From Minisyncoccia bacterium (GTDB taxonomy: Bacteria; Patescibacteriota; Minisyncoccia; Phycocordibacterales; JAKFXT01), in NCBI GenBank assembly GCA_041485465.1, contig JBGPJO010000004.1, positions 1 to 64,000 on the forward strand: a stretch of DNA of 64,000 bases, read 5' to 3'. Each line of letters starts with the position of its first letter. Within the stretch, counting starts at the first letter, position 1. Of the stretch, positions 26,721 to 36,343 are shown piece after piece. The position numbers and the translations under genes are program-made. The notes under the pieces are model-generated. The model worked only from the letters and a program-made list of their open reading frames with translations, ran no database searches and was not told where the DNA came from.

Positions 26721-27710
26721 TTATTGGGAGCTTGAATCGCTCTCAAAGAGGTAGCGGAGGGAGGCGGAAACAAGTTCTTTGACATCGTCGAATCGACCTT
26801 TTTCCGAAGAACCAAGAATGGCAATTGTTATGGGATGAAGCGGACCGGCGTCGAACATAACGACCAGATTCCCCCCCGCAAGATCGGTAAAGCCGGTTTT
26901 TGAAGCGATAATGCCGGGGATCTCTTCAACCACGGAATTTGTGTTTTTAACCTTGTAGAGCGTCTTCCCTACCGAGGAAACCGTAATCGAATCATAGGTC
27001 GTCGCTTCAAATGCGTCGGGAAAACTTGAAACCGCGTAGCTGAAAAGCTTTGCGATGTCATGAGCGGAACCATAGGCGCCCGAGACGCTCAGGTTCTGAT
27101 CAAGTCCGGTGGCATTCAAAAAATACGTCTGGGAAAGTCCCAATTCTTTGGCTTTTTTATTCATCGCCTCAAGAAACGGGCCATCGGCCTCTTCAAGAGT
27201 AGTCGAGGCCGATATACCGTTTTGAAAAGTACCGTAGGCGCCCGCGATAGCGGCCGCACCATCATTTGAAGATTCAACGAGCGTGGCATCAAGAATATCC
27301 TGAAGCCGCCATTTCTGTCCGTCTCGAAAACCGTTATTGCCATCTTCATTCAAATAGTGCTGATTGATCGTAACGGTGGCGTCTTTTGGTAATAGATCGC
27401 GAGCGGTAAGTGCCACCATAATTTTGGTGAGAGAGGCAAGCGGCAGTTGCGCCTCAGCGTCTTTCTCAAATAAAATCTGATCGCGAGCGACATCGTACAC
27501 AACCGCGGCTTTAGCGGTGATGGGAACATTCGGAAAATTAACTTTTTTTATGAAGCCATCAGCGGTGACAATTGAGGCTTCTTCTTTGCCACTCCCATTC
27601 CCCTTCAAGGAAGATAGGAATTCCGAGATACCGACGGAGGTCACGATAATTGAAACTCCCAAAAGCCCCATCAGAAAATATGCCTTTGATTTTGAAATTT
27701 CGTTACTCAT
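26721..27710 (-). CDS. dacA: D-alanyl-D-alanine carboxypeptidase (S11, PBP5/6-like)
   Basis: SxxK (ASLTKIM), SxN (SSNDGA) and KTG (KTGFT). Start taken at the internal MSNEISK Met, which is followed by a signal-anchor. The longer track ORF overlaps scpB. Confidence 0.8.
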   Translation of the reverse strand: MSNEISKSKAYFLMGLLGVSIIVTSVGISEFLSSLKGNGSGKEEASIVTADGFIKKVNFPNVPITAKAAVVYDVARDQILFEKDAEAQLPLASLTKIMVALTARDLLPKDATVTINQHYLNEDGNNGFRDGQKWRLQDILDATLVESSNDGAAAIAGAYGTFQNGISASTTLEEADGPFLEAMNKKAKELGLSQTYFLNATGLDQNLSVSGAYGSAHDIAKLFSYAVSSFPDAFEATTYDSITVSSVGKTLYKVKNTNSVVEEIPGIIASKTGFTDLAGGNLVVMFDAGPLHPITIAILGSSEKGRFDDVKELVSASLRYLFESDSSSQ

Positions 27711-28263
27711 GGATATTTTCTTTTTCGCCCGCCGTTTCCGCCGCTTTTTCCCGTATTTCAAGTTCTGTTTTGACCTCTGTATATTCGGCCAAATCCTCAA
27801 CCTTAGAAATTCCAAGATACGAAAGCAGTTCAAATGTTGGTTTGTAAAGAAAACTTCTTCGATCGCCAGGATTCTCTGTCCGCTCGACAAGCCCCCGAAC
27901 CAAGAGATTTCGGAGAATAAAAGTCGAGGACACCCCCCTAATGTAATCAATCCGGCTCCTTGAAACCGGAGAAAGGTAGAGGACGACAGAGAGCGTTTCA
28001 AGGCCAGCTCGTCCTAAATCTTTATGGAGCTCTTCTTTGGTTATTTTTTCAATAAGAGAACCGAGTTTCGGATTAGTACCAAGCATCACCTCCTCTTCTT
28101 TTCGAACGAGGATAAGCCCCCGTTCGGAAAGCGACTGAGAGAGACCGCCAAGCGCTTCCGCCACTTTTTCTTCAGGCTCGTTTAAAAGTTCGGCCAATTT
28201 TTTGACCGGGGTAGGTTCTCCGCGAAAGAAAAGGATCGCCTCAATTTTGGCTTCAAGATTCAT
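27703..28263 (-). CDS. scpB: Segregation and condensation protein B
   Basis: ScpB winged-helix pattern (MNLEAKIEAILFF...). Start taken at the internal Met. Confidence 0.8.
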   Translation of the reverse strand: MNLEAKIEAILFFRGEPTPVKKLAELLNEPEEKVAEALGGLSQSLSERGLILVRKEEEVMLGTNPKLGSLIEKITKEELHKDLGRAGLETLSVVLYLSPVSRSRIDYIRGVSSTFILRNLLVRGLVERTENPGDRRSFLYKPTFELLSYLGISKVEDLAEYTEVKTELEIREKAAETAGEKENIHE

Positions 28264-28393
28264 GATTATTATCAAGATTATCAAAAAATGGCTCAATTAC
28301 AACGTGGGGAAATAAAGTAAACCCAGCGTGAAATCATTTTACTTTATTTTTAAACCTGATAACTTTAGATGATTCGTTCTTTGGGAGGGTGTC

Positions 28394-28750
28394 GTGATTT
28401 CAAAAAACGCAGTCCCCGTCAAGTTTCGTGCCGAGCCCTCGCCATTCCTTCTGCCCCAAAGCATCATCGCGAGTTTCTCGGGGTCAAAAAAAATTGACGG
28501 AGGGGATGAAGTTCTCCAGTTTACGTTTGAGGGCGGTATGCTTTCAATTATTGGCGTTTCGTGGCGCTCAAGCCACAGAATGGTCATGGGAGAATTGTAT
28601 CAACTGGATCTCTCCCCCCTCGGCGAAGGAGTTTCATCATTTAGGACAAAACAAAATCCTCTAAAAGAAGAGGACTGGAGGGACGCAACGCTCAAGTGTC
28701 TTATCGATATCGACGTCGGAAACGATAACCTTGATCCTACAACATTGTGA
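28394..28750 (+). CDS. hypothetical protein (118 aa)
   Basis: ORF lying between scpB and scpA on the opposite strand. No domain recognised. Confidence 0.4.
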   Translation: MISKNAVPVKFRAEPSPFLLPQSIIASFSGSKKIDGGDEVLQFTFEGGMLSIIGVSWRSSHRMVMGELYQLDLSPLGEGVSSFRTKQNPLKEEDWRDATLKCLIDIDVGNDNLDPTTL

Positions 28751-28854
28751 GAAAGAGGCGGGTCTGCCGGGGAGCAAAACCCCGGTATTTTTTATGATAT
28801 TTCGACACCCCCATATCTTTAGTTTTGGTTTACAACTAAAGCGACTATGGTAAA

Positions 28855-29229
28855 GTGCGAACAGGCAAAATAGGCGCAAAGGAGAAGGCGGTGGGCATCG
28901 GTATAAAGGTCAATGTGAAAAACCATACCAACGGCTGTATCCATGGATTCCTCCTCAAAAAGTACCGCGGCGACCCCCTCGAAATCGCTCTGCTCAATAC
29001 CCAATGGGGCGGTATCCTCTACATATACGGAGTCCCAACGGAAATTAAGAACAAGCTCAAGTGCGGCAGGCTCTATGAGTTCGTGATTCCGGGTACCTCG
29101 CTCCAAGAAATTGCTGGCAAAACGAGTTCCCGAAATGATTCTTGTGTCAACGAAAATCTCGCCGAAATCATCGACATCGAGACTGGAGAACGCATTGAAC
29201 CAGAACCTCGGGCCGCTACGGCGGCATGA
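28855..29229 (+). CDS. hypothetical protein (124 aa)
   Basis: ORF followed by a strong intrinsic terminator at 29236-29277. Confidence 0.4.
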   Translation: MRTGKIGAKEKAVGIGIKVNVKNHTNGCIHGFLLKKYRGDPLEIALLNTQWGGILYIYGVPTEIKNKLKCGRLYEFVIPGTSLQEIAGKTSSRNDSCVNENLAEIIDIETGERIEPEPRAATAA

Positions 29230-29235
29230 TCCCCC

Positions 29236-29277
29236 ACCGGTTGGCGCCTTCGCGTCAACCGGTCTTTTTTATTTATT
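29236..29277 (+). terminator. Rho-independent terminator
   Basis: accggttggcgc/gcgtcaaccggt 12-bp stem with a cttc loop, followed by cttttttatttatt. Confidence 0.6.
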
Positions 29278-30001
29278 GATACTTCGGCACCCCAACATCC
29301 TGTGCCTCCATGTGAATGTCTTCAAATCTTTTTTCCTGGACAACATCAATCGCCCCTTGCTTTACCAACTCAAGCATGGCGAGAAAACCAATAATCACTT
29401 CAACTCTCTCGGTACTTCCTTTGGCAAATTCTTTAAATGATAACTTTAAACTGCCCTGCACCCTCTCTATCAGGCGAGTTATCATTTCCTCAAGGCTTAT
29501 TACTTTTTTCACAATCGCCTGCGGAATAAATTCCTTGATGGGTATACTCTTGATTGCGATTTTAAGTCCGGAAAGTAGCGATCCGAGAGTAATTGTTTCA
29601 TCCGGTGAAAAAACCGGCTCAACTATCTTACGATCCCCGCGTTCAAAAATAATGTTTTTTCCGAATTTTTCCTTGACGTGTCGTGAAAGACCCCTGATAC
29701 GCTGATAGAGGCGGAGGCGTTCTTCAAGATCCTTAATGTCAGCCTCTTCTTCATCCGAGAGAGATAGGGTCGGCAGAAGCGAGCGGGATTTGATGAGAAG
29801 CAGCGTTGAAGCAACAAGCACGAAATGGGCAATACCGGGGATTGAAAATTCCTGAAGAGCTTTTACATAATTAATGTAATCGTCGGTCACCTGAGAAAGC
29901 GAAACATCATTGATATGGAGTTTCCTCTTTTCTATAAAATCCAAAAGAAGATCAAGTGGTCCTTCGAATTCGCCGACTTTTATTTTAAATTCGCCGTGCA
30001 T
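29273..30001 (-). CDS. scpA: Segregation and condensation protein A
   Basis: ScpA kleisin pattern EFEGPLDLLLDFI.... Confidence 0.85.
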   Translation of the reverse strand: MHGEFKIKVGEFEGPLDLLLDFIEKRKLHINDVSLSQVTDDYINYVKALQEFSIPGIAHFVLVASTLLLIKSRSLLPTLSLSDEEEADIKDLEERLRLYQRIRGLSRHVKEKFGKNIIFERGDRKIVEPVFSPDETITLGSLLSGLKIAIKSIPIKEFIPQAIVKKVISLEEMITRLIERVQGSLKLSFKEFAKGSTERVEVIIGFLAMLELVKQGAIDVVQEKRFEDIHMEAQDVGVPKYQ

Positions 30002-30007
30002 CAGGGG

Positions 30008-31336
30008 TTACTTCGAAAGGAGATTGTCGATCCGATTAATTTCGCGCGGGAAAAGTGTCGCTTCTTTGATATTGTGAAGTCCCAGGAGTTTTGCCGTTAG
30101 ACGTTCAAGCCCCATGCCAAAACCGCCATGAGGCGGCATGCCATATTTAAAGGCCTGAAGATAAAAAGAAAACTTTTCCGGATCGAGGCCCTTGCTTTTA
30201 ATCTTCTCCACCAGTTTTTCATAATCGTTGATGCGCTGTCCGCCGGTTGCAATCTCAACCCCTCTAAACAAGAGATCAAAACTATTGGTGTAATTGGGGT
30301 CTTCAGGGTCTTCGAAAGCGTACATCGGCCTCTTTGAAGTAGGATAGTGAGTAATAAAAATGAAATCGGAATTGAAATTATTTTTCGCGTACTCCGAAAG
30401 AAACCGTTCCTGTTCCGGATCAAGATCCGGTTCTTTCATACAATCCTTTCCCGTTTCTTTGGTGATAATCGCCTGCGCTTCCCGCAATTTCATTGCGGGG
30501 ATCTCTTTTGGTACTTCGGGAATTGGAGAACCAAGCAATTTAAATTCCTCGGCACAGTTTTTCCTAAGCTCGGAGGCGATGTATACGAGGAGACGATTCG
30601 TCACTCTCATGACATCACGGTGGCTAGCAATGAATCCCATTTCGATGTCGAGACTCGTGTATTCGTTCAAATGCCGACTGGTCGAATGTTTCTCGGCACG
30701 ATAGACATTTCCAATCGCAAACACTTTCTCAAAAACGGCAACCATGATCTGCTTGTAAAATTGTGGGCTTTGGGCAAGATTTGCTTTATTTCCGAAGTAT
30801 TCAAGGGAAAAAACGTTCGCCCCGCCTTCGGCGTCTTCCCCGATAAGCTTCGGTGATTGAAATTCGGTAAAGTTCTCCCCGGTCAAAAATTCCCGGAAAG
30901 CTCTCACGATATGCGCCTGGACCTTAAAAATCGCTTTGCTTTTATCGGTACGAAGAGTCAACGGCAAGTAATCAAGATGGGTATCGAGATTAAGCTCGGT
31001 ATCTTTTTCAAACGGTAATTCCGCCGCTTCGGAAAGTATTTCGATTGATTCGATTTCAAGCTCGATATCGCCGTTTTGGATGTCCGGATTGATCATTTTT
31101 TCCGGACGCTTGTTTATTTTCCCGGAGACGCTGACCACCCATTCGGGGCGAAGTTTCTTCGCCGCTTCATGTGCCTCCTCATGAGAAGGCACTGCCACCG
31201 CTTGGATCTTTCCCGTAACATCCCGAAAATCTATGAAAATGAGTTTGCCGTGATCACGCCTGATATCAACAAAACCTGCGATTCTTACACTCTCCCCTAT
31301 TTTTCCTACTAAATCTTTAATGTATGTTCTTTCCAT
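30008..31336 (-). CDS. aspS: Class IIb aminoacyl-tRNA synthetase, archaeal-type AspRS (or AsnRS)
   Basis: OB-fold anticodon-binding N-domain, QSPQ motif (LAQSPQFYKQ) and class II motif 3 GGFGMGLERL. At 442 aa it fits an archaeal/eukaryal-type AspRS. Confidence 0.8.
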   Translation of the reverse strand: MERTYIKDLVGKIGESVRIAGFVDIRRDHGKLIFIDFRDVTGKIQAVAVPSHEEAHEAAKKLRPEWVVSVSGKINKRPEKMINPDIQNGDIELEIESIEILSEAAELPFEKDTELNLDTHLDYLPLTLRTDKSKAIFKVQAHIVRAFREFLTGENFTEFQSPKLIGEDAEGGANVFSLEYFGNKANLAQSPQFYKQIMVAVFEKVFAIGNVYRAEKHSTSRHLNEYTSLDIEMGFIASHRDVMRVTNRLLVYIASELRKNCAEEFKLLGSPIPEVPKEIPAMKLREAQAIITKETGKDCMKEPDLDPEQERFLSEYAKNNFNSDFIFITHYPTSKRPMYAFEDPEDPNYTNSFDLLFRGVEIATGGQRINDYEKLVEKIKSKGLDPEKFSFYLQAFKYGMPPHGGFGMGLERLTAKLLGLHNIKEATLFPREINRIDNLLSK

Positions 31337-31342
31337 AAAATT

Positions 31343-32296
31343 TTATGAACGGACCCCGATACGCTCACGGACAATTTTCATTTTTTTTGATGCTACAGCG
31401 CGCGCCTTCTCTCCTCCTTCCTTCAAAACATTCTCTATATATGCAGGGTCGGATGCTATTTCTTGGCGGCGCTTTCGCATCGGCTCTATAAAAGCGTCAA
31501 TATCCTCAATCAGAGCTTCCTTGAGCACTTTGTAATTTCCTTTATCTTTTTCATACAAAGATTTTAGCTCGCTCTCGCTTTTATAGAGCTTATGAATGGC
31601 ATAGACATGTTCCGGAAAATCACCGGATGAATTCGTAACGATCCCCATGACCCCTTTTTCAATCTCACTTCGATTTGCAAAAAGCGGAATGACATTCCCG
31701 TAACTCTTGCTCATTTTCCGTCCATCCGTGCCGGGAACAATCGCGACTTCTTTTTGGATAAGCTCGGTCGGAAGCTTGAAGGTGTCGCCATATATGCGGT
31801 TGAACTTTTCCGCCGTATCACGAGCATACTCGACATGCTGTTTTTGGTCCTGTCCGATCGGTACGATATCGGCATCATAGAGAAGAATATCGGCCGCCAT
31901 AAGCATCGGGTAGTTGAACGTTCCGACCAAGACTTCCTTCCCCTTCGCTTCGGCGTCCTTATAGGCATGGGCGCGCATTAAGTACGGCATTGTCGTGATA
32001 GTGTCGAAAATCCAGGCAAGTTCGGTGTGCTCTCCTACATCGGATTGCTTAAAAAGGGTGACATGGGCCGGATCGAGGCCTATCGCAAGGTAATCAAGGG
32101 CGATGCCGAGAGTGTTCTCCTTCATTTCCTCTTTGTTTTGAATAAAGTTAAGCGCGTGATAATCAGCAATGAAAACAAAGCACTGATACTCTTTTTGAAA
32201 ATCGACAAATTGCCGCATTGCCCCGAAATAGTTACCAATGTGGGAGAGCCCGCTCGGTTTAACCCCGGAGAGAAGTATTTTCTTTCGCTCTATCAT
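31343..32296 (-). CDS. trpS: Tryptophan--tRNA ligase
   Basis: SGVKPSGLSHIGNYFGA (HIGH-like) and KMSKS. Start taken at MIERKK to avoid overlapping the kinase gene. Confidence 0.85.
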   Translation of the reverse strand: MIERKKILLSGVKPSGLSHIGNYFGAMRQFVDFQKEYQCFVFIADYHALNFIQNKEEMKENTLGIALDYLAIGLDPAHVTLFKQSDVGEHTELAWIFDTITTMPYLMRAHAYKDAEAKGKEVLVGTFNYPMLMAADILLYDADIVPIGQDQKQHVEYARDTAEKFNRIYGDTFKLPTELIQKEVAIVPGTDGRKMSKSYGNVIPLFANRSEIEKGVMGIVTNSSGDFPEHVYAIHKLYKSESELKSLYEKDKGNYKVLKEALIEDIDAFIEPMRKRRQEIASDPAYIENVLKEGGEKARAVASKKMKIVRERIGVRS

Positions 32297-32327
32297 CTCA
32301 AAAATACTACCAAAATTAAGGCTTTTT

Positions 32328-33974
32328 TCAATGAGCCGGGGCTTTCTCAAGTTCAACGATAAATGTCGAACCCTTGCCCTTGCCTTCTGATTCCGCCCAG
32401 ATCTTACCGCCGTTAGCTTTGACCATCTCCTTTGCGACGTACAGTCCGAGACCGGTTCCCATCACGTTAGTCTTATTTGCATCTTTTGCGCGAGAGAATT
32501 TCTCAAAAAGCAAAGCTATAGTTTCCTGTCCCATACCTATACCGGTATCGGAAATAGCAATGCGTAATTTGCCGCCGGACTGTTTCAACAAGCGTACCGT
32601 GATTGACCCTTTTGGAGTGTACTTAATGGCGTTATCAAGGAGGTTAGTGACAACCTGTTTCATTTTGCCAATATCGATATTTGATTTATAGGGAGGCTTG
32701 TTGTCGGTTGTAAACGAAATCGAGAGATTGGCTTTTTTAACCGAAGGCAAAAGCTCGTCGACAACGCTTTTCACTAGTGGCTCAATGTCGGCAATGGCAA
32801 AATCGTACTTCATTCTCCCCTGCTCGATCCGGGAGATGTTTAAGAAATCCTCAACAACAATTACCAAACCTTTGGCCGAGTCAAAGATTCTATCAACAGC
32901 CTGAGTGATCGCGGGAGGCACTTTCCCAAATGATCCTTCGATTATAAGCGATGCGTATCCTTTAATTGCCGCCAAGGGACTACGGAGTTGATGTGAAGCG
33001 ATCGAGACAAATTCAGATTTCAGCTGATCAAGCTCTTTTAGCCGTTCATTTGCCGCTTCCAAATCTTTCGCCAGTTTTTCAATTTGTTCCCGAGCCTCGA
33101 CTTCCTTAATAACGCTGCGAACTAAGAGCACTCCTACAACGATAGTTGAAAACAACAACCCCGCATTGATAAGTTGGTCTTGAATCGACTGAGATAATAA
33201 GGTCCGCGTAAGAATGATAATCCAAAGAGAAAAAACAAAAATTTCTGTTGTGATAACCCTAAGGCTGAATAATTGATGTTTAAAAATTGAATATGTTGTC
33301 GCAACAACGAAAAGAATATTCATAAATGGTCCAAGCCAGTAGAAATCAAAATTACCGAAATAGGGAAGAATAATATCGCAAATAAGTCCCACCAAAACAG
33401 AAAGGCCAGTTCCTGTAATAACATAGGATAATTGGCGGCTGGCAATAATATCTTTTACGTGAATGGATTTGAAAAAACGTCTGAAAAAATTACTATAGGC
33501 CAACACAAAGTAGAAAAACATCAATATAGAATAAGGGATATATAGGTTACCAAATGAAACAAATTTAGAGGTGCCAATATATGAAACGGCTTTAATCACT
33601 GTCTCAGAAAATATAATGAGACTTATTGCGGTACCGGTGAATACAGTAGTTGTGATAAATACTTTTCTACTGATTGCTTCCTCACTTTCATTTAAAAATC
33701 TGTAACTGAATAGTAATAAATTGTGGGCAATAAGGATCCCCGCTATATATAATAATTTTGTTGGAATAATAAGTATCCCGAGATTAGAAACAATCCGAAA
33801 AAGAAACATTGAAAGAACCCAGGTGGTCGCACTATATGCCGCGATTGCGAAAAACTTCGAGCTCTTATTTTCTTTTCGATTAAAAAAAACGGCTGTTGAT
33901 AAAACAAAATCAACGATTACTACAATAGCAAGAAGAATATCTATAAGACTAAGAGCGTAAAAACCTATATTCAT
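32328..33974 (-). CDS. Sensor histidine kinase with large N-terminal polytopic membrane domain
   Basis: About 8 TM helices, a coiled coil, the HisKA H-box SHQLRSPLAAIKGY, and HATPase_c N/G boxes (LLDNAIKYT, GTGLGLYVAK). No response regulator is adjacent. Confidence 0.8.
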   Translation of the reverse strand: MNIGFYALSLIDILLAIVVIVDFVLSTAVFFNRKENKSSKFFAIAAYSATTWVLSMFLFRIVSNLGILIIPTKLLYIAGILIAHNLLLFSYRFLNESEEAISRKVFITTTVFTGTAISLIIFSETVIKAVSYIGTSKFVSFGNLYIPYSILMFFYFVLAYSNFFRRFFKSIHVKDIIASRQLSYVITGTGLSVLVGLICDIILPYFGNFDFYWLGPFMNILFVVATTYSIFKHQLFSLRVITTEIFVFSLWIIILTRTLLSQSIQDQLINAGLLFSTIVVGVLLVRSVIKEVEAREQIEKLAKDLEAANERLKELDQLKSEFVSIASHQLRSPLAAIKGYASLIIEGSFGKVPPAITQAVDRIFDSAKGLVIVVEDFLNISRIEQGRMKYDFAIADIEPLVKSVVDELLPSVKKANLSISFTTDNKPPYKSNIDIGKMKQVVTNLLDNAIKYTPKGSITVRLLKQSGGKLRIAISDTGIGMGQETIALLFEKFSRAKDANKTNVMGTGLGLYVAKEMVKANGGKIWAESEGKGKGSTFIVELEKAPAH

Positions 33975-35068
33975 AGGGTCGAATTGAGAATTTTTTGGCG
34001 GTTTTTAGCCTCCTCCGAGGTTAGAGCGACTTTTTCAACTACAATCCGTGCCGTAGACATGGCTGGAATGCCGTACCACCATATTTCGTTATCAAGAAAG
34101 AAATTGTGTATTTCAAAACCGTACCAAGCTTGATTATCTTTATCATAGGCCGTTATTAATGGAAGAGTGTAAAACAAAGCTGTGGTATCACGCCAACCCC
34201 AAAGAGTATGCAGTACCAAGGGTTTTGTAATATATTCCCACGAGAGAAAACTGAAAGCGTTGCCATTTTTTTTGCCAATAAAAAAGGGCCATCTTTCTTG
34301 AAACTCGTAAATAGAACGGTGCATATCATTAAGAGAAAGAATGCCCCCATCCTTAAGAACCAGGAGAATCTCTTCAAATACTTTAAGAGGATTATCTATT
34401 CCACCGATACCAAACATCATTGTCACGCAATCAAAAGAACCGGAATGAAATGATACAAATCCTTTCGCGGTGCCACCTTCTCGTAAGTTTCGCGCGTCTC
34501 CACGTTGAAATATGACTTCACGCTCGCCTTTTTTTAGTAAACCTGTAGCGGTCATCCGCGGAAGAATAATTTTCATTGCTTGATCAAGCATCTCTTCACT
34601 GTAATCGACCGCACTAGCAGTAACTTTTATTTTAAAGGAACGAAATACTTCAAACATCTCTTCAACCGAGAGACCAATCCCTGTCGCAAGATCAAGAAGT
34701 TTAATTGGTGTTTTTATTTCCTTTCGCTTCGCATATGAAATAACGTCTGTACCGCTTTGCCTTCTCCACCAAGTATCTCGAAAGTTAGTTGTAAGATGGT
34801 GTTTGCGTTCATATGTTTTTGCCTCTCGCCGGTATATTTCCGCAACCTCATCATTGGTAAGCGAGTCAGATTTTTTTTTATATTTATCACGCCAACTTAC
34901 CATCCGAAGCCGAAAACGAATAATGGCATAAATAATAAAAAGTAAAAAACGATAATACCAATACGTAATGGTGCTAATTTCCACTTCGAAAGGCTTCGTA
35001 AGGAAGGCCGGGAAATAAGAAGCTTCGGCATTCTCAACGACAAATAGGGGTTTACTCGTAAGTTTCAT
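33971..35068 (-). CDS. Class I SAM-dependent methyltransferase with N-terminal TM anchor
   Basis: Motif I LLDLATGIG and motif post-II LKDGGIL. TM helix near the N-terminus. Confidence 0.6.
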   Translation of the reverse strand: MKLTSKPLFVVENAEASYFPAFLTKPFEVEISTITYWYYRFLLFIIYAIIRFRLRMVSWRDKYKKKSDSLTNDEVAEIYRREAKTYERKHHLTTNFRDTWWRRQSGTDVISYAKRKEIKTPIKLLDLATGIGLSVEEMFEVFRSFKIKVTASAVDYSEEMLDQAMKIILPRMTATGLLKKGEREVIFQRGDARNLREGGTAKGFVSFHSGSFDCVTMMFGIGGIDNPLKVFEEILLVLKDGGILSLNDMHRSIYEFQERWPFFIGKKNGNAFSFLSWEYITKPLVLHTLWGWRDTTALFYTLPLITAYDKDNQAWYGFEIHNFFLDNEIWWYGIPAMSTARIVVEKVALTSEEAKNRQKILNSTL

Positions 35069-35092
35069 TTATTTTAATATTATAAGACAGAC

Positions 35093-36265
35093 TCACGATA
35101 ATTTTTTAGTCCATCTTTCAGCAAAAGCCCGTGCGATCGAGGAAAGAGATCCGGGACCCATACTATAACGCGAAAGATCCCCCACCATCTCTTTTGTATT
35201 ACGCATATTATGAACAACTGACTCAATCATATAGAAACGATAAGGAAATATTTTTTGTGAGAATGGCTTTAACGGAGTAAAGAAAAAACCAATAAAGCGA
35301 AGGCAGGAAAAGTAAAAATATATTAGAAAAGGAGGAAGGGTAAAGACAGGCATATCAATTCCAATACCTTCAAAGGTCTCGCTGATAACTTCCCTAAAAG
35401 GAAAGGGTTGAGGGTTAGTAAGATGAAAAGTCTTGCCTTTAGCTTTCTTGTCAGAAACTATTGTAATCATCCATTCAATAACCCATTCGATAGGGACAAG
35501 ATCGAGGGTACAGTGGGTTGAGTTAGGAAACGGTATCGAAAGATATAATATATTTTTATTTAAACGAGCATTAATAAGTTTTGAAAAAATAACGTGTTTT
35601 TGTAAAAAAGGTGCTAGTTTAGTTTTTAGTCGGGCAAGGGCAACCACAACCGTATAATAGCCAAAAGAGGTAAACGATATGTTGTGAGTCTCAATCAAAA
35701 TGCTCGGCCGGAATATTATAAGGTCGGCCGATGTTCTTTTTGACCATTCTTTCAAAAATTCTTCAGCCTTGAATTTACTTTCCTCATAGGCGTTATTAAA
35801 CGCCGGAGGAGGAACTAATTCGTCTTCATATATAATTCCGGTTCGTTTGCCGTGTACATAAGCGGTACTTGTGTAATATAGGGGTGCCTGAAGAATTTCC
35901 GCCAAACGAGCTATATTTTTTGTCCCATTAACATTGACATTAAATACAGCATCGCGCTCAGATTCCTTAAAACTCAAATTTGCTGCTAAGTGCCAAATAC
36001 CATCAATCTTTCCAATGGTGGCCGCAATGTTGTTGACCGCGTCTTCCATAGTAGATACATCCGCTTCAATGACGCGAATGTGAGATTCATCCGGATGAAA
36101 ATCACTATCAATTGAAGAAATTTTACTCAGAATACGATCCTTCAAAGGAATCCCCTTTTTACTTCTCCCAAGAAATATAAGAGAATTTCCTTCCTTGAGG
36201 AGTTCAATAGAAAGAAGCGAGCCAAGAAAGCCAGTGCTGCCGGTTAATAAATAGATATTTTGCAT
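35093..36265 (-). CDS. NAD(P)-dependent reductase, extended SDR (fatty acyl-CoA reductase/NAD_binding_4-like)
   Basis: Rossmann motif LTGSTGFLGS and YxxxK (YEESK). Hydrophobic C-terminal region. Confidence 0.55.
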   Translation of the reverse strand: MQNIYLLTGSTGFLGSLLSIELLKEGNSLIFLGRSKKGIPLKDRILSKISSIDSDFHPDESHIRVIEADVSTMEDAVNNIAATIGKIDGIWHLAANLSFKESERDAVFNVNVNGTKNIARLAEILQAPLYYTSTAYVHGKRTGIIYEDELVPPPAFNNAYEESKFKAEEFLKEWSKRTSADLIIFRPSILIETHNISFTSFGYYTVVVALARLKTKLAPFLQKHVIFSKLINARLNKNILYLSIPFPNSTHCTLDLVPIEWVIEWMITIVSDKKAKGKTFHLTNPQPFPFREVISETFEGIGIDMPVFTLPPFLIYFYFSCLRFIGFFFTPLKPFSQKIFPYRFYMIESVVHNMRNTKEMVGDLSRYSMGPGSLSSIARAFAERWTKKLS

Positions 36266-36343
36266 TCACTTTCAATATTGAAGATATTTTAATTATACCT
36301 CAAAAATCTGCCGGTATATGGGGGTTTGAAAAGTTTCCTTTCC

